DNA from: Bacillota bacterium
GTDB lineage: Bacteria; Bacillota; Sulfobacillia; RBS10-35; JAJYVN01
NCBI GenBank assembly: GCA_021803205.1
Contig: JAJZMB010000114.1
Span: 6,877-70,876, forward strand
Direction of reading: 5' to 3'
Length of the DNA: 64,000 nucleotides
A program made the translations under genes and the position numbers. Each line of letters opens with the position of its first letter. The first letter of the stretch is position 1. The notes under the pieces were generated by a model. It saw only the letters and a program-made list of their open reading frames with translations, did no database searches and was not told the origin of the DNA. Below are positions 1-9,653 of this stretch, one piece after another.

Positions 1-21
1 ATTCAGCCAGCTCCGCGATAC

Positions 22-71
22 CCCTTGTCCCCCAGGGCTCCACGGTTCGCAACCGGTGCGGGAACCCACTC
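22..71. repeat. Dispersed 50-bp structured repeat, copy 1 (copy 2 at 17584-17633)
   Basis: 43/50 identity to 17584-17633, with an exact 17-bp core AGGGCTCCACGGTTCGC; two small hairpins. Confidence 0.8.
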
Positions 72-273
72 CTGCCACGCTCTTGCAGCGTAATTTCTAC
101 ACGTTGCCCCCCGCTGGCGTTTTCCTGGCAGGCCCGGTCGATCACCGCCAGCGGACCGGGCTCAACGACAGCCGCCAGCTATGGCACTCATCACTGCAGC
201 GGCCACGGGGCCGCCGCCGGTGCCGACTTGCCGAGACCGGCGCGACCTGAGGCGGAGGAACGGCATGCCCCTC

Positions 274-2073
274 TCACACCCCTGCCTCCACGTGTCGCCG
301 CAACTGCCCGCAGGCCGCGTCGATCGATGCCCCCAGTTGGCGCCGGATGGTGCAGGGGATGCCCGCCCCCCGCAACAGGCCGCGGAAACGCGCCTGCGCC
401 TCCGGCGGGCTGGAGTGCAGTTGCCGCTCGGCCACGGGATTCATCGGAATCAGATTGACCTGGCAGGTCAGGCCGCGCAGTAATCTCCCGAGTTCCCGGG
501 CATGCTCCGGCAGATCGTTGACGCCGTCAATCAGGACGTACTCAAAGGTGAGACGCCGGCCGGTGTGTTCCAGATAGCGCCGGCAGGCGGGGAGGAGTTC
601 GCCGAGAGGATATCGGCGGTTCACCGGCACGAGCCGGTTACGGAGTTCATCATTTGGGGCGTGCAGCGATACGGCCAGGGTGATGGGCAATCCCACCAAT
701 GCCATCCGGTCCATGGCAGCAACCAATCCCGAGGTGGACACGGTCATGTGCCTCCAACCGATGCCGGCGCCGGAGGGTTCGTGCACCACGCGCAGGAAAC
801 GGATCACGGCATCCAGGTTCTCCATGGGCTCGCCTATACCCATCACGACCACACGGGAGACCCGGTCGAAACGTGCGCGCCGCCCCTGCGCCTCCGGCTC
901 CCCCTCGTCCGTCGCCTCTCCGGCGTCGCCGCCGGGCACCGGAAACCAGGCAGTGTCCCCAGCATGAGTCGGATCGGACAAGTCGCGGTTCAGGTAGGCG
1001 ATCTGCGCCGCCATCTCTCCTGCCAGCAGGTTCCGGGTGAGGCCTCCGATCGTCGAGGCGCAGAACCGGCAACCCTGGCGGCAGCCCACCTGGCTGCTGA
1101 CGCAGGCCGTGTACCCGAAGCGGTACCGCATGAGGACGGTCTCCACGGTCTCGCCGTCCCCGAGGCGAAAGAGGTACTTGACCGTCCCGTCCAGTGGATC
1201 GACCCGGCGCGCCACCAGGGCCGGGGCCGGAGGCGCGGCCTCGGCCGCGAGGCGAGCGCGCACTCCCTCCGGCAGGACGGTGATCGCGACGTAGTCGGTG
1301 GCGCCGTGGGCGTGCAACGCCGAGAATAACTGCCGGCCGCGGTAGGGCGGCTCCCCCCCGGCCACAAACAGGTCGGCAAGCTCCCCGGGCAGCATTCCCA
1401 TCGCGTCGAGGAGGACTCGCCCGTCCGCGCCAGGCGGACCCGCCCACACCGGAGGCGGCGGCAGAGACGGCAGCGCGCGCTGCGACGCAACCGGGGCCCC
1501 CGCTCCCTGCGGCTCGGGGACGCCCGCACGGACCCTGGGCACCGCGCGCACACCAGGAGTGGTCCGCACTTGCGCCGCTCCTGGTGCGCGCGGCCCGCCG
1601 CGCATGGCTGCGTGCGGGGGCCCGTCCCGCCCCTGCCGCACCGGGCCCGTCCCTGCCACCCGTTCCGGGCGGCGACCATCCTCTGGGCGCGCATCCGCAA
1701 ACGGCGTCCCACCACTCCGGCGTGACCTGCTCCAGCCCCCCGGCGGCCCGGAGCCGCCGGAACGAAAGATCCCCCGCTGGCGCGGACCACCATTCTTGCG
1801 GTCCACGCCAGGCTCCACCACCGGACCACGGCCTCCCCGCGGACCCATCCCACCCGCGCGCCCCGCGCCGGCACCCCCGGGCCCGCCACCCGCGCCCAGG
1901 CCCGCCGGCCGCTCGCCGCCCACCGGACGCCCCCGCCCCGCCGCCGGACCACGGCCTCCCCGCGGACCCATCCCACCCGCGCGCCCCGCGCCGCCACCCC
2001 CGGGCCCGCCACCCGCGCGGCGTTCGGAACGGCCCGGCGCGCCGCCGAACCGCCCCCGTCCCTGCCCTGCCAA
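274..2073 (-). CDS. rlmN: Dual-specificity 23S rRNA m2A2503/tRNA methyltransferase RlmN (radical SAM) with long Gly/Arg-rich N-terminal extension
   Basis: Motifs SSQVGCRQGCRFC, MGIGEP, SLHAPND, DAACGQL; follows rsmB. TTG start at 2073 has GGGAGGT 7 nt upstream; start is inferred. Confidence 0.9.
   Translation of the reverse strand: MAGQGRGRFGGAPGRSERRAGGGPGGGGAGRAGGMGPRGGRGPAAGRGRPVGGERPAGLGAGGGPGGAGAGRAGGMGPRGGRGPVVEPGVDRKNGGPRQRGIFRSGGSGPPGGWSRSRRSGGTPFADARPEDGRRPERVAGTGPVRQGRDGPPHAAMRGGPRAPGAAQVRTTPGVRAVPRVRAGVPEPQGAGAPVASQRALPSLPPPPVWAGPPGADGRVLLDAMGMLPGELADLFVAGGEPPYRGRQLFSALHAHGATDYVAITVLPEGVRARLAAEAAPPAPALVARRVDPLDGTVKYLFRLGDGETVETVLMRYRFGYTACVSSQVGCRQGCRFCASTIGGLTRNLLAGEMAAQIAYLNRDLSDPTHAGDTAWFPVPGGDAGEATDEGEPEAQGRRARFDRVSRVVVMGIGEPMENLDAVIRFLRVVHEPSGAGIGWRHMTVSTSGLVAAMDRMALVGLPITLAVSLHAPNDELRNRLVPVNRRYPLGELLPACRRYLEHTGRRLTFEYVLIDGVNDLPEHARELGRLLRGLTCQVNLIPMNPVAERQLHSSPPEAQARFRGLLRGAGIPCTIRRQLGASIDAACGQLRRHVEAGV
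1821..2018. repeat. ~75-bp direct repeat (1821-1895 / 1944-2018), offset 123 nt (in frame)
   Basis: Near-identical copies, each encoding GGGPGG[GA]GAGRAGGMGPRGGRGP in the rlmN frame. Confidence 0.9.
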
Positions 2074-2127
2074 ATATGAGACCTCCCGTTCAGATGGGCA
2101 CGCCACACAACGGGCTTCCAGCGAAAA

Positions 2128-3471
2128 TCATGCCCGCGCACGGCGCATGACTGCGATGAAGAAGCCCTCCGTCTTGTGCAGATGCGGCCACAGGCGAACC
2201 ATGCCCCGGATGGCGTCGGGCGCCCCGGCCAGCGCCGTCGGCAGGCGATCCCGTACATCCTCAAGCCCGAACTCCGGCTGCGCGGCGAGAAACCCCGCCA
2301 CGATCGCCTCGTTCTCCTCCGGCTCCGTGGTGCACGTACTGTACACCAATCGACCGCCGGGTTTCACGCACCGCCCGGCGGCGGAGAGGAGTTCCGCCTG
2401 CAGCGCCGCCAGAGAGGCGATATCCGCCTCGTGCTTCTGCCAGCGCAGGTCCGCGCGCCCCGCCAGGGCGCCAAGCCCACTGCAGGGGAGGTCGGCCAAC
2501 ACCACGTCGCAGCGGCCGCCGAAGTCCTGCGGGAGATCGCGGCAGTCCGCGACGTGGGTGCGCAGACAGTGCAGACCGAGGCGCGCCGCTGCCTCGCGGC
2601 AGCGGTCCACCCGCGCCGAGGAGATGTCGTTGGCCACGACCGTACCCGCATCGCCCATGCGCTCACCCAGATGCGTCGCCTTGCCTCCCGGGGCGGCGGC
2701 CACATCCAGACAGAACGACCCGGGAGCCGGATCGGCCATGTGGCCGACCAGCATCGACGCCTCGCCCTGGACCGTGCAGCGCCCTTGCCCCAACGCCGGC
2801 AGGCTACCGGGAGCGGTGCCGTGTTCCAGCGTCACCGCCTCCGGTAGCAGACCGGGGCGGCAGACCACCCCCGCTTCCCGGAGTTCGTCCATGAGCGCGT
2901 CGCCGCTGCAGCGCAGGCGGTTGGCGCGGAGATGGACCAACGGCCGGTCGTTGTTGGCGGCCAGCAGGCGTCGGGTGTCCTCCGGTCCCAGCCGGGCGAA
3001 CCAGCGTCGGACCAGCCACTCCGGGTGGGAATAGGCCGCGGCAAGCGCGGCGGGATCCCTGTGCGCCGCCCCGCGGGGCACCCCATCAGCGGCCGCCCGC
3101 CGCAGTACGGCGTTGACCAGCCCGGCGGCCGCGGGCCGGGCGTGCCGGCGCGCAAGATCGACGGCGCCGGCGACGGCCGCATAGGCCGGAATCCGATCTG
3201 TGTGGCGGAGCTGGTAGAGACCGAGTCGGAGGGCGGCGCGGACGGGTGACTGCAGGGCAGGCAACGGCCGGCGGCACCGCGCGGCCAGTTCGCGATCCAG
3301 GGCCTGCCGCTGCCGCATCACCCCGTACGCCAACTCTGTGGTCAGGGCACGATCCCGCGCATCCGGCACCCCCGCCAGAGCCCGATCGAGCGCGCGGCCA
3401 GCCGCGACGCCGCGCTCCATCAGCAGCAGCGCCCGCAGCGCCGCCTCCCGGGCCGGATCCGGCCCGCTCAC
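2128..3471 (-). CDS. rsmB: 16S rRNA m5C967 methyltransferase RsmB/Sun
   Basis: NusB-like N-terminus (ELAYGVMR, LGLYQL), DVAAAPGGK, DLPCSGLG, YSTCT, EGFFIA; in fmt-rsmB-rlmN order. Confidence 0.95.
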   Translation of the reverse strand: MSGPDPAREAALRALLLMERGVAAGRALDRALAGVPDARDRALTTELAYGVMRQRQALDRELAARCRRPLPALQSPVRAALRLGLYQLRHTDRIPAYAAVAGAVDLARRHARPAAAGLVNAVLRRAAADGVPRGAAHRDPAALAAAYSHPEWLVRRWFARLGPEDTRRLLAANNDRPLVHLRANRLRCSGDALMDELREAGVVCRPGLLPEAVTLEHGTAPGSLPALGQGRCTVQGEASMLVGHMADPAPGSFCLDVAAAPGGKATHLGERMGDAGTVVANDISSARVDRCREAAARLGLHCLRTHVADCRDLPQDFGGRCDVVLADLPCSGLGALAGRADLRWQKHEADIASLAALQAELLSAAGRCVKPGGRLVYSTCTTEPEENEAIVAGFLAAQPEFGLEDVRDRLPTALAGAPDAIRGMVRLWPHLHKTEGFFIAVMRRARA

Positions 3472-4919
3472 AACAGCATGCCCCCCGGCTGCAGGCGGTG
3501 CCCGTTGGCGTACGCACCTGCCTCCATCGTCCGGCCACCCGGCGGTTGCACGCCGCGCAACACCAAGAGCCCGTCCCCCGTAGCGATCGCGATGCCCGCG
3601 GGCCGGATCCAGGCCACGGCACCCGGGGGAATGCCCTCCGCCGGTTCCGCCACCACGGTCGCCCGCAGGATCTTCAGGCCGCCCGGGGTGCGCAGGGCGG
3701 GCCGCGGCGCCAGGGCGCGCACCCGGGCAGCCAGTGCCGCGGCCGGGAGGGAGAAGTCGGCCACCTCCTCCTCCGCGGTGATCTTGGGGGCATACGTCGC
3801 CCGCGCGCCATCCTGCGGGTGCGGTTCGGCCCTGCCCGTCGCCAGGCTGCGCAGCACCGACAGCAGCAGCCGGCCGCCGATCTGCGCCAAACGCGCCGAG
3901 AGGGCGCCGCCGTCCTCGTCCGGGCCGATCTCCACCGCCTCCTGCGCTAGGATGTCCCCGGCGTCCACCTCCCGGCTCATGAACAGGATCGTCACCGCGG
4001 TCGTCCGGTCCCCGTTCCAGAGCGTCCGGCGGATCGGATCGGGACCACGATACAGGGGAAGGGCGGACGGGTGGACATTGACCGCCCCCAGCCTCGGCAG
4101 GGCGAGCATGCGCTCAGGAATGATCTGCCCGTACGCAGCGGTGACGATGACGTCCGGGGGCTCCGCCCGCAGGCGCTGATAGAGGGCAGAGTCGCGCGCC
4201 CGCAGGGGAGTGAGCACCGTACACCCCGCCTCCTCCGCGGCCAGACGCACCGGGCTCGGCCGCAGGCGGAGGCCGCGGTCCGCCGGACGGTCGGGCTGTG
4301 TCACCACCAGATCTGGTGTGACGTCCCCCGCGACACAGGCCCGCAGCACCTCGGCCCCGAACTCGGAAGTCCCCATGAACACCACGTCGAGTTTGGTCTC
4401 CGGTCCGGCGCGCACTACGCGCGTGGCGCGGTCGGTGAACAGCACCCCGTCCAGATGGTCGATCTCATGCTGCAGGACGCGGGCGAAGTAACCCTCGGCC
4501 TCGACCCAGACCTCCCGGCCGCCTCCGTCCAACCCCCGCACGCGGACGCGCTCGGCGCGCTCCACCTCGCCGGCCAGATCAGGGATGGACAGGCAGCCCT
4601 CCAGCGGCGTCGTCTGGCTCCCTGCGGCGGAGACGATCTCCGGGTTAACCAGGTCGCAGTGATGGTCTCCGGCATCCACCACTATGACGCGCAAACTCAC
4701 GCCGACCTGCGGCGCCGCAAGTCCCACCCCATTGTTGCCGTACATCGTCGCGCGCATGCGCGCGATCAGGTCGCGCACGCGGCGGTTGGCGTGGCGCACA
4801 GCCTTGGCCTTCTGCCGCAGCACCTCGTGCCCGGGATCATCCACCTTGACAACCGCAAGCGGCTCCGCACCCACCTCGCCGGCACGTCGTTTCCAGGCCG
4901 CCAGCCCGTCCTTGTTCAC
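3468..4919 (-). CDS. def-fmt: Fused peptide deformylase / methionyl-tRNA formyltransferase
   Basis: GVGLAAPQVG, EGCLS and QHEIDHLDG (Def), then in frame VFMGTSEF, VNVHPSALPLYRGPDP and VDAGDIL (Fmt); GTG start with GGGAGG RBS. Confidence 0.92.
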   Translation of the reverse strand: MNKDGLAAWKRRAGEVGAEPLAVVKVDDPGHEVLRQKAKAVRHANRRVRDLIARMRATMYGNNGVGLAAPQVGVSLRVIVVDAGDHHCDLVNPEIVSAAGSQTTPLEGCLSIPDLAGEVERAERVRVRGLDGGGREVWVEAEGYFARVLQHEIDHLDGVLFTDRATRVVRAGPETKLDVVFMGTSEFGAEVLRACVAGDVTPDLVVTQPDRPADRGLRLRPSPVRLAAEEAGCTVLTPLRARDSALYQRLRAEPPDVIVTAAYGQIIPERMLALPRLGAVNVHPSALPLYRGPDPIRRTLWNGDRTTAVTILFMSREVDAGDILAQEAVEIGPDEDGGALSARLAQIGGRLLLSVLRSLATGRAEPHPQDGARATYAPKITAEEEVADFSLPAAALAARVRALAPRPALRTPGGLKILRATVVAEPAEGIPPGAVAWIRPAGIAIATGDGLLVLRGVQPPGGRTMEAGAYANGHRLQPGGMLL

Positions 4920-5123
4920 GCGCTCGCCTCCCGTGGCGGCTGGCACCGGGCGGAAAGCCCGCGCGCAGGGAGCCGTTCTGCCGCCGCAACCCGCCACATT
5001 GTATCGTCGTCGCACTTTCACGCTCAATCGCGCCGTCGGCATGAGCGGACGAGGCCGGACATAGGGGATGTCCCGCCAGACCGGGACGGGCGGCGCCCCG
5101 GCGGGGCAGGGGGTGCCCTCTCC

Positions 5124-8100
5124 ATGCCGTACTCGGAACGACGCAAACGGCTCATCGGGCTGGCCTGCTCCCTCTGCCTCGCCGCCGCGGGCTGCGCCGA
5201 GAGCCGACCGGCCACCGCGGCTCCCCCCGTGACCGCCGTCCCCGCTGCTGCATCCGCACCGGGCCTGCCCGATGGCGCGGCCACCCCTTCCACCGCGGCC
5301 ACCCCGCCCGCTGCCGTATCCGCGTCCACACCGCAGGCTCCGGCCATCCGACCCGTTCCGAAGTTCACGGACCTCCCGGTCGGGTTCTGGGCGACCGGCG
5401 CCATCGATGCCATGGCGGCCGCCGGCGTGGTGCAGGGGATGGCTCCGGGCCGTTTCGATCCCGCCGCACCTGTCACCCGAGCCGAGTGGGCGGCTCTCCT
5501 ACTGCGCCTGGCGGGAGACCCGGGCAACCCGGTGGGGCCCGTCTTCCGCGATGTCACCCACGGCGATTGGTTCTATGAGGCGGTCGAGGCGGCCACCGGC
5601 CGCGGCTGGATGCAGGGGGTGGCAGCCGGCCGCTTCGCCCCGGACCGGGCGGTGACGCGCGCGCAAGCCGCCGTCGCCCTGGCGGCCTATCTGGGCCTCG
5701 GTCGCGTGGCTCAGGACGAGGCGACGCTCCCGTGCACCTTCAGCGACTGCAGCGCCATCCCCGCATGGGCCGTCGGGGCCGTCCATGTGGCAGCCGACCT
5801 CGGGCTCCTGCGCGGAACAATCGCACGGAGGCTGCGGCCGAACGCGCCGCTCGATCGGGCGCAGGCGGCAGCGCTGCTTGCCCGCCTGCAGGCCGTCCGG
5901 CCCGCCGCCGTGGCCAGGGAGGGCGAGCGCGTGGCCGCCTCGGCCTACATCGAAGCCGGGGCACCCGCGGTGGCGGTCGGCGGAACGCTCACCGTGCACG
6001 CTTACGCCCACGACCGTGCGGGGTACATTGTGCCGGCCGCGTTCACCTTCACGCTGTCCGGACCGGCCACGCTCACCGCCGGTGGCGGCAGCGCCGTCAC
6101 ACTGCGGGCCTCGGCTGCAGGGGTCATTCACGTCGAGGCCAGCACGGCGGGTGGGCGCGTGCGGACGTCGCTGGCGATCTCTGCCCTGCGCGCGGCATCC
6201 CTCTCTGCCGCAGGCCTGCCGCCAGAGGGTCTGGCCGGAGCCACCTTCCCCGTCATGTTGCGCATCCTTGACTCCGCCGATGGGATCGACACCGCCGCAG
6301 CGGGCATCGCCCGGGTGGCGGCGGCGCCCCGCCAGGGCGGCCGGGGCGACCCCGCCACGCAGGCCGCGATCACGGCGGGACAGGCACAGCTGACCCTGCC
6401 GGTCCTCCCCCCCGGGCTATACACCCTGACCTTCACGGCGCCCAGAGTCCCTGCACTGCACGTGCAGTACACCGTCGTTCGCCGACCGGTGGGGGCCATC
6501 CAGCCGCAGCGCGCCATCCCGGCTCTCGCCCACGGCGCCCAAGCCGCCCTGACGGTCGTCCTGCCCGGAGGGCCCTGGCCCCTCCGCGTCTCTGCCACAC
6601 AGCACCCCGCAGGGGCACCGCCCGCAACGGGGGCCGCGCCGGAGGCGGTGGCGTCCTGGTCGGCCGTGCCCGCATCACTGCAGAACACCGGCACCGCCGC
6701 GATACTGCGGGGATTGCAGCCCGGTACGGCGGCCATCACGGTCTCGGTTCCCGGCGGCGCCCTGCGCCCCGCGACGGTGCACCTCCGGGTACTGCCCGCA
6801 GGAAGTTTTCACGCCGCAACGGGGACCGAGTCCCAGGCAAGCGCGGGCGCGGCGATCACGCTGGCCGTCGGCTTGCACGGACCGGCCGCATCCGTGGCCG
6901 TGGAACCCGTCGACCCGGCCGGCCACCCCCTGCAGTCCCTTCCGGCCACCATCCGGGGCCCGGAAGCCGTCGCGCATTTCGTACCCCTTGGCGCGGGACG
7001 CTGGTCCTTCCTATGGACCGCGCCCGGATTCGCTCCCGCCATGGGTGCGCCCGTGCTTGTACGGCCCGGCCCTCCCGTACACCTGGTCGTGGACCCCACC
7101 CCGACATCGGTGCTGCTGCCGGGCCAGGCAGCGGAGTTGCGTGCCTGGCTGGCCGACGCCGCGGGCAATCCCGCGCCCGTCCCTTTCCGGATCACCGTAT
7201 CCGGAACGACCTGCGCGGCAGGGACGTTTCAGGGCGGCGACGCACTCGCCGGGCCTGCGGACTTCGGGTCCTTCCTCGCCCGAGACCCCGGCACGTGCAC
7301 CTTGACCTTCCGCAGCCCGGACCACCCGTCCGCGGGCACCGCCCGCGTGATCTTCCGCACCGTGGCCAACATCGGCGACATTGTCGCCGGCAAGGGGCTG
7401 TGGCTCACCTACCCGGACTGGAGAGGCAACTCGGACGCCCGCCTTCTGGCCACCGCCGCCGCCGACGGCGCGACCCACCTCTACCTGGAGGTGGCCACCA
7501 CCACCGACGGCTTCTACGGCGGTCCCGCCCTCGACGACCTGCTCCGCCAGGCTCACGCGGATGGTCTGGCGGTGATCGCCTGGGTTTACGCGGCGCTGGG
7601 CGATCCGGCCGCAGATGCCGCCAACGTCCGTCAGGTCGCCAACTACCTCACCCCGACCGGGGATCTGGCGGACGGCCTGGCCCTGGACATCGAGGACCAC
7701 CTGGCGGTGTCCGCCGTATCCTCCTTCGCGCGGCGCGCCGCGGCCGCGCTTGGACCGGGCGGTCTGGTGGTGGGTGTCACCTGGGCACCGCAGCAGAAAC
7801 CCTCGTATCCCTACCGCGCCCTGGCGCCCTACGTGAGTGCCTTCGCACCCATGGATTACTGGCATGTGCTTCCAGAAGTCTACACCTATGCACAAGTGTA
7901 CAACTGGGTGCTGCGGTCCGTCCGGATCCTGCGCCGGGATGCCGGGCGACCGACCGTCCCGGTGGACGTCATCACCGAGACCTTCGACTGGTTCGCCGGC
8001 GACTCCGGGCAGGGACTCTTCAGCCCGACGCCGCAGGAACTCTCCGCAGCAATGCGCGCCGCCTCGGATGCCGGAGCGACCGGCGTTTCGTTCTACCGGG

Positions 8101-8165
8101 CCACCACCGCCACTCCCGCCGAGCAGGCGGTGATCATGGACACCCCGTGGCCGCCGGCAGGGTGA
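5124..8165 (+). CDS. S-layer homology (SLH) domain surface protein with C-terminal glycoside-hydrolase-like TIM barrel
   Basis: Signal peptide with lipobox-like LAAAGC; three SLH repeats (FTDL..W, VTRAE; FRDV..WF, VTRAQ; FSD..WA, LDRAQ); C-terminal DGLALDIED and APMDYW. Confidence 0.75.
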   Translation: MPYSERRKRLIGLACSLCLAAAGCAESRPATAAPPVTAVPAAASAPGLPDGAATPSTAATPPAAVSASTPQAPAIRPVPKFTDLPVGFWATGAIDAMAAAGVVQGMAPGRFDPAAPVTRAEWAALLLRLAGDPGNPVGPVFRDVTHGDWFYEAVEAATGRGWMQGVAAGRFAPDRAVTRAQAAVALAAYLGLGRVAQDEATLPCTFSDCSAIPAWAVGAVHVAADLGLLRGTIARRLRPNAPLDRAQAAALLARLQAVRPAAVAREGERVAASAYIEAGAPAVAVGGTLTVHAYAHDRAGYIVPAAFTFTLSGPATLTAGGGSAVTLRASAAGVIHVEASTAGGRVRTSLAISALRAASLSAAGLPPEGLAGATFPVMLRILDSADGIDTAAAGIARVAAAPRQGGRGDPATQAAITAGQAQLTLPVLPPGLYTLTFTAPRVPALHVQYTVVRRPVGAIQPQRAIPALAHGAQAALTVVLPGGPWPLRVSATQHPAGAPPATGAAPEAVASWSAVPASLQNTGTAAILRGLQPGTAAITVSVPGGALRPATVHLRVLPAGSFHAATGTESQASAGAAITLAVGLHGPAASVAVEPVDPAGHPLQSLPATIRGPEAVAHFVPLGAGRWSFLWTAPGFAPAMGAPVLVRPGPPVHLVVDPTPTSVLLPGQAAELRAWLADAAGNPAPVPFRITVSGTTCAAGTFQGGDALAGPADFGSFLARDPGTCTLTFRSPDHPSAGTARVIFRTVANIGDIVAGKGLWLTYPDWRGNSDARLLATAAADGATHLYLEVATTTDGFYGGPALDDLLRQAHADGLAVIAWVYAALGDPAADAANVRQVANYLTPTGDLADGLALDIEDHLAVSAVSSFARRAAAALGPGGLVVGVTWAPQQKPSYPYRALAPYVSAFAPMDYWHVLPEVYTYAQVYNWVLRSVRILRRDAGRPTVPVDVITETFDWFAGDSGQGLFSPTPQELSAAMRAASDAGATGVSFYRATTATPAEQAVIMDTPWPPAG

Positions 8166-8193
8166 CCGGATACCGCCCCCGAAGGTGTGGGCC

Positions 8194-8697
8194 ATGACGG
8201 AACCGCCCGTTCCCGAAATCCGGCCAGCGTGCCGAACGGACATCCCGGGTCTCCTGCCGCTATTAATCGAGCTCTGCGCGGGGGACGCCGCAGCCGCGGC
8301 CGGGGCTCTGGAGGCCGCCATGGCCACAGGCCCTCCCGGGCATGAGGCGTGGGTGGCGGCCGAAAGCACCGGTGAACCGGTGGGTTTCCTCGCCCTGTCG
8401 CCGTCCGGCGCACCGCACTTCCGACTGGGATTCGTAGAGTGGGTCGCAGTCGCGCCCGGCGCACGGCGCCGAGGAATCGGACGCCGGTTGCTGGCGTGCG
8501 CCGAGCACCGCGCGGCCGCGCTCGGCTGGCGGCAACTCCATGCCTGCACCTTCCACACCAACCGGGCGTCCCTGCACATGTACATCGACTCCGGTTTCTA
8601 CCCCGCGGCCACGCTGCATGACTATGCGGGGCCGGGACTGCACTACGTGGAGATGGTGCGCCCCCTACCGCAGAGCGGCGGGGGTACCGCGCAATAA
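8194..8697 (+). CDS. GNAT family N-acetyltransferase
   Basis: Acetyl-CoA motif VAPGARRRGIGRRLL and N..S..MY...GF. Confidence 0.85.
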   Translation: MTEPPVPEIRPACRTDIPGLLPLLIELCAGDAAAAAGALEAAMATGPPGHEAWVAAESTGEPVGFLALSPSGAPHFRLGFVEWVAVAPGARRRGIGRRLLACAEHRAAALGWRQLHACTFHTNRASLHMYIDSGFYPAATLHDYAGPGLHYVEMVRPLPQSGGGTAQ

Positions 8698-8711
8698 GGG
8701 GGACATCGCCC

Positions 8712-9605
8712 GTGCCGACGCCCACGCAGGAAGGCGACGCCGCCGCATTCACCGCTCTGCCGCGCCAGGGTCGCTCCGCGCGCCGCACCGGGGCCGAGTT
8801 CGTCGCCGAGGTGTCCGGGTTCGTGCCGCCGCCTGGAATGCTGGCGGTGTGGTACCTGGGGCAGGAGTCTGTCATCTGGAAATCCGGCCGGAGCGTGGTG
8901 TGGATCGACCCGTTCCTCAGCCCCAACGCCGCGCGCCGTTATCCCCCCCTGTGCACACCCACCGAGGCTGCGGCAACGACGGACGTGGTGCTGATCTCGC
9001 ACGAGCACTCCGACCATCTGAACCCCTTCACCTGCCGCGGCATCGCCCTGGCCGCGCCGAGTGCGGTGTTCGTCGCCCCGCCGGTATGTGCACCCATGCT
9101 GCAGCGCGCCGGCGTCGCCGCGGATCGCATCCGCGCGCCGCACACCGGTGAACATGTCGTGATAGGGGATTGGCGCTTCACTTCGTTGCCGGGAGCCCAC
9201 GAGGAGATCGACTTCACCCCGGAACGCGGGCACCGCTTCACCGGTTACGTGGCCGAAGTCGGCGGGGGCCTCTACTACCACGCCGGCGACACCGTCGCCT
9301 GCGCTGAATTGCTGGCGGCACTCCTGCCATACGCGGGACGGCTCGACCTGGCGATGCTGCCGATCAATGGCCGAGACTACTTTCGTCGGGCCGCGAACAT
9401 CGTCGGCAACTTCACCTTCCGCGAGGCGGCGGAACTGGCACTGCGCCTGGACCCCGGCCTGACGGTCCCCATGCACTACGACCTCTTCCACCAGGTCAAC
9501 GACGAGCGGCCGTCCCACTTCGTGGACTATGTCTACGACAAGGCGCCGTATCTGCCGATCGCCGTCATGGCGCCAGGTCAGCGCATCCTGGTGTCCCGGC
9601 GATAG
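8712..9605 (+). CDS. MBL-fold metallo-hydrolase (UlaG-like)
   Basis: WYLGQ, IDPFLS, SHEHSDH, YHAGDT, LPING, VPMHYD. Confidence 0.85.
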   Translation: MPTPTQEGDAAAFTALPRQGRSARRTGAEFVAEVSGFVPPPGMLAVWYLGQESVIWKSGRSVVWIDPFLSPNAARRYPPLCTPTEAAATTDVVLISHEHSDHLNPFTCRGIALAAPSAVFVAPPVCAPMLQRAGVAADRIRAPHTGEHVVIGDWRFTSLPGAHEEIDFTPERGHRFTGYVAEVGGGLYYHAGDTVACAELLAALLPYAGRLDLAMLPINGRDYFRRAANIVGNFTFREAAELALRLDPGLTVPMHYDLFHQVNDERPSHFVDYVYDKAPYLPIAVMAPGQRILVSRR

Positions 9606-9653
9606 GGGGTGCGGGGGCAACACCCTCCCGCATGCCCGGCCGTACGGCCGGGC

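Noticed and set aside
1821-2018. Direct repeat as a CRISPR array
   Set aside because: Only two 75-bp copies, in frame within a coding region; no cas genes or spacer array anywhere in the window.
4071-5123. N-terminal 350 aa of the 1364-aa ORF
   Set aside because: It overlaps def-fmt on the opposite strand; the real start is the signal peptide at 5124.
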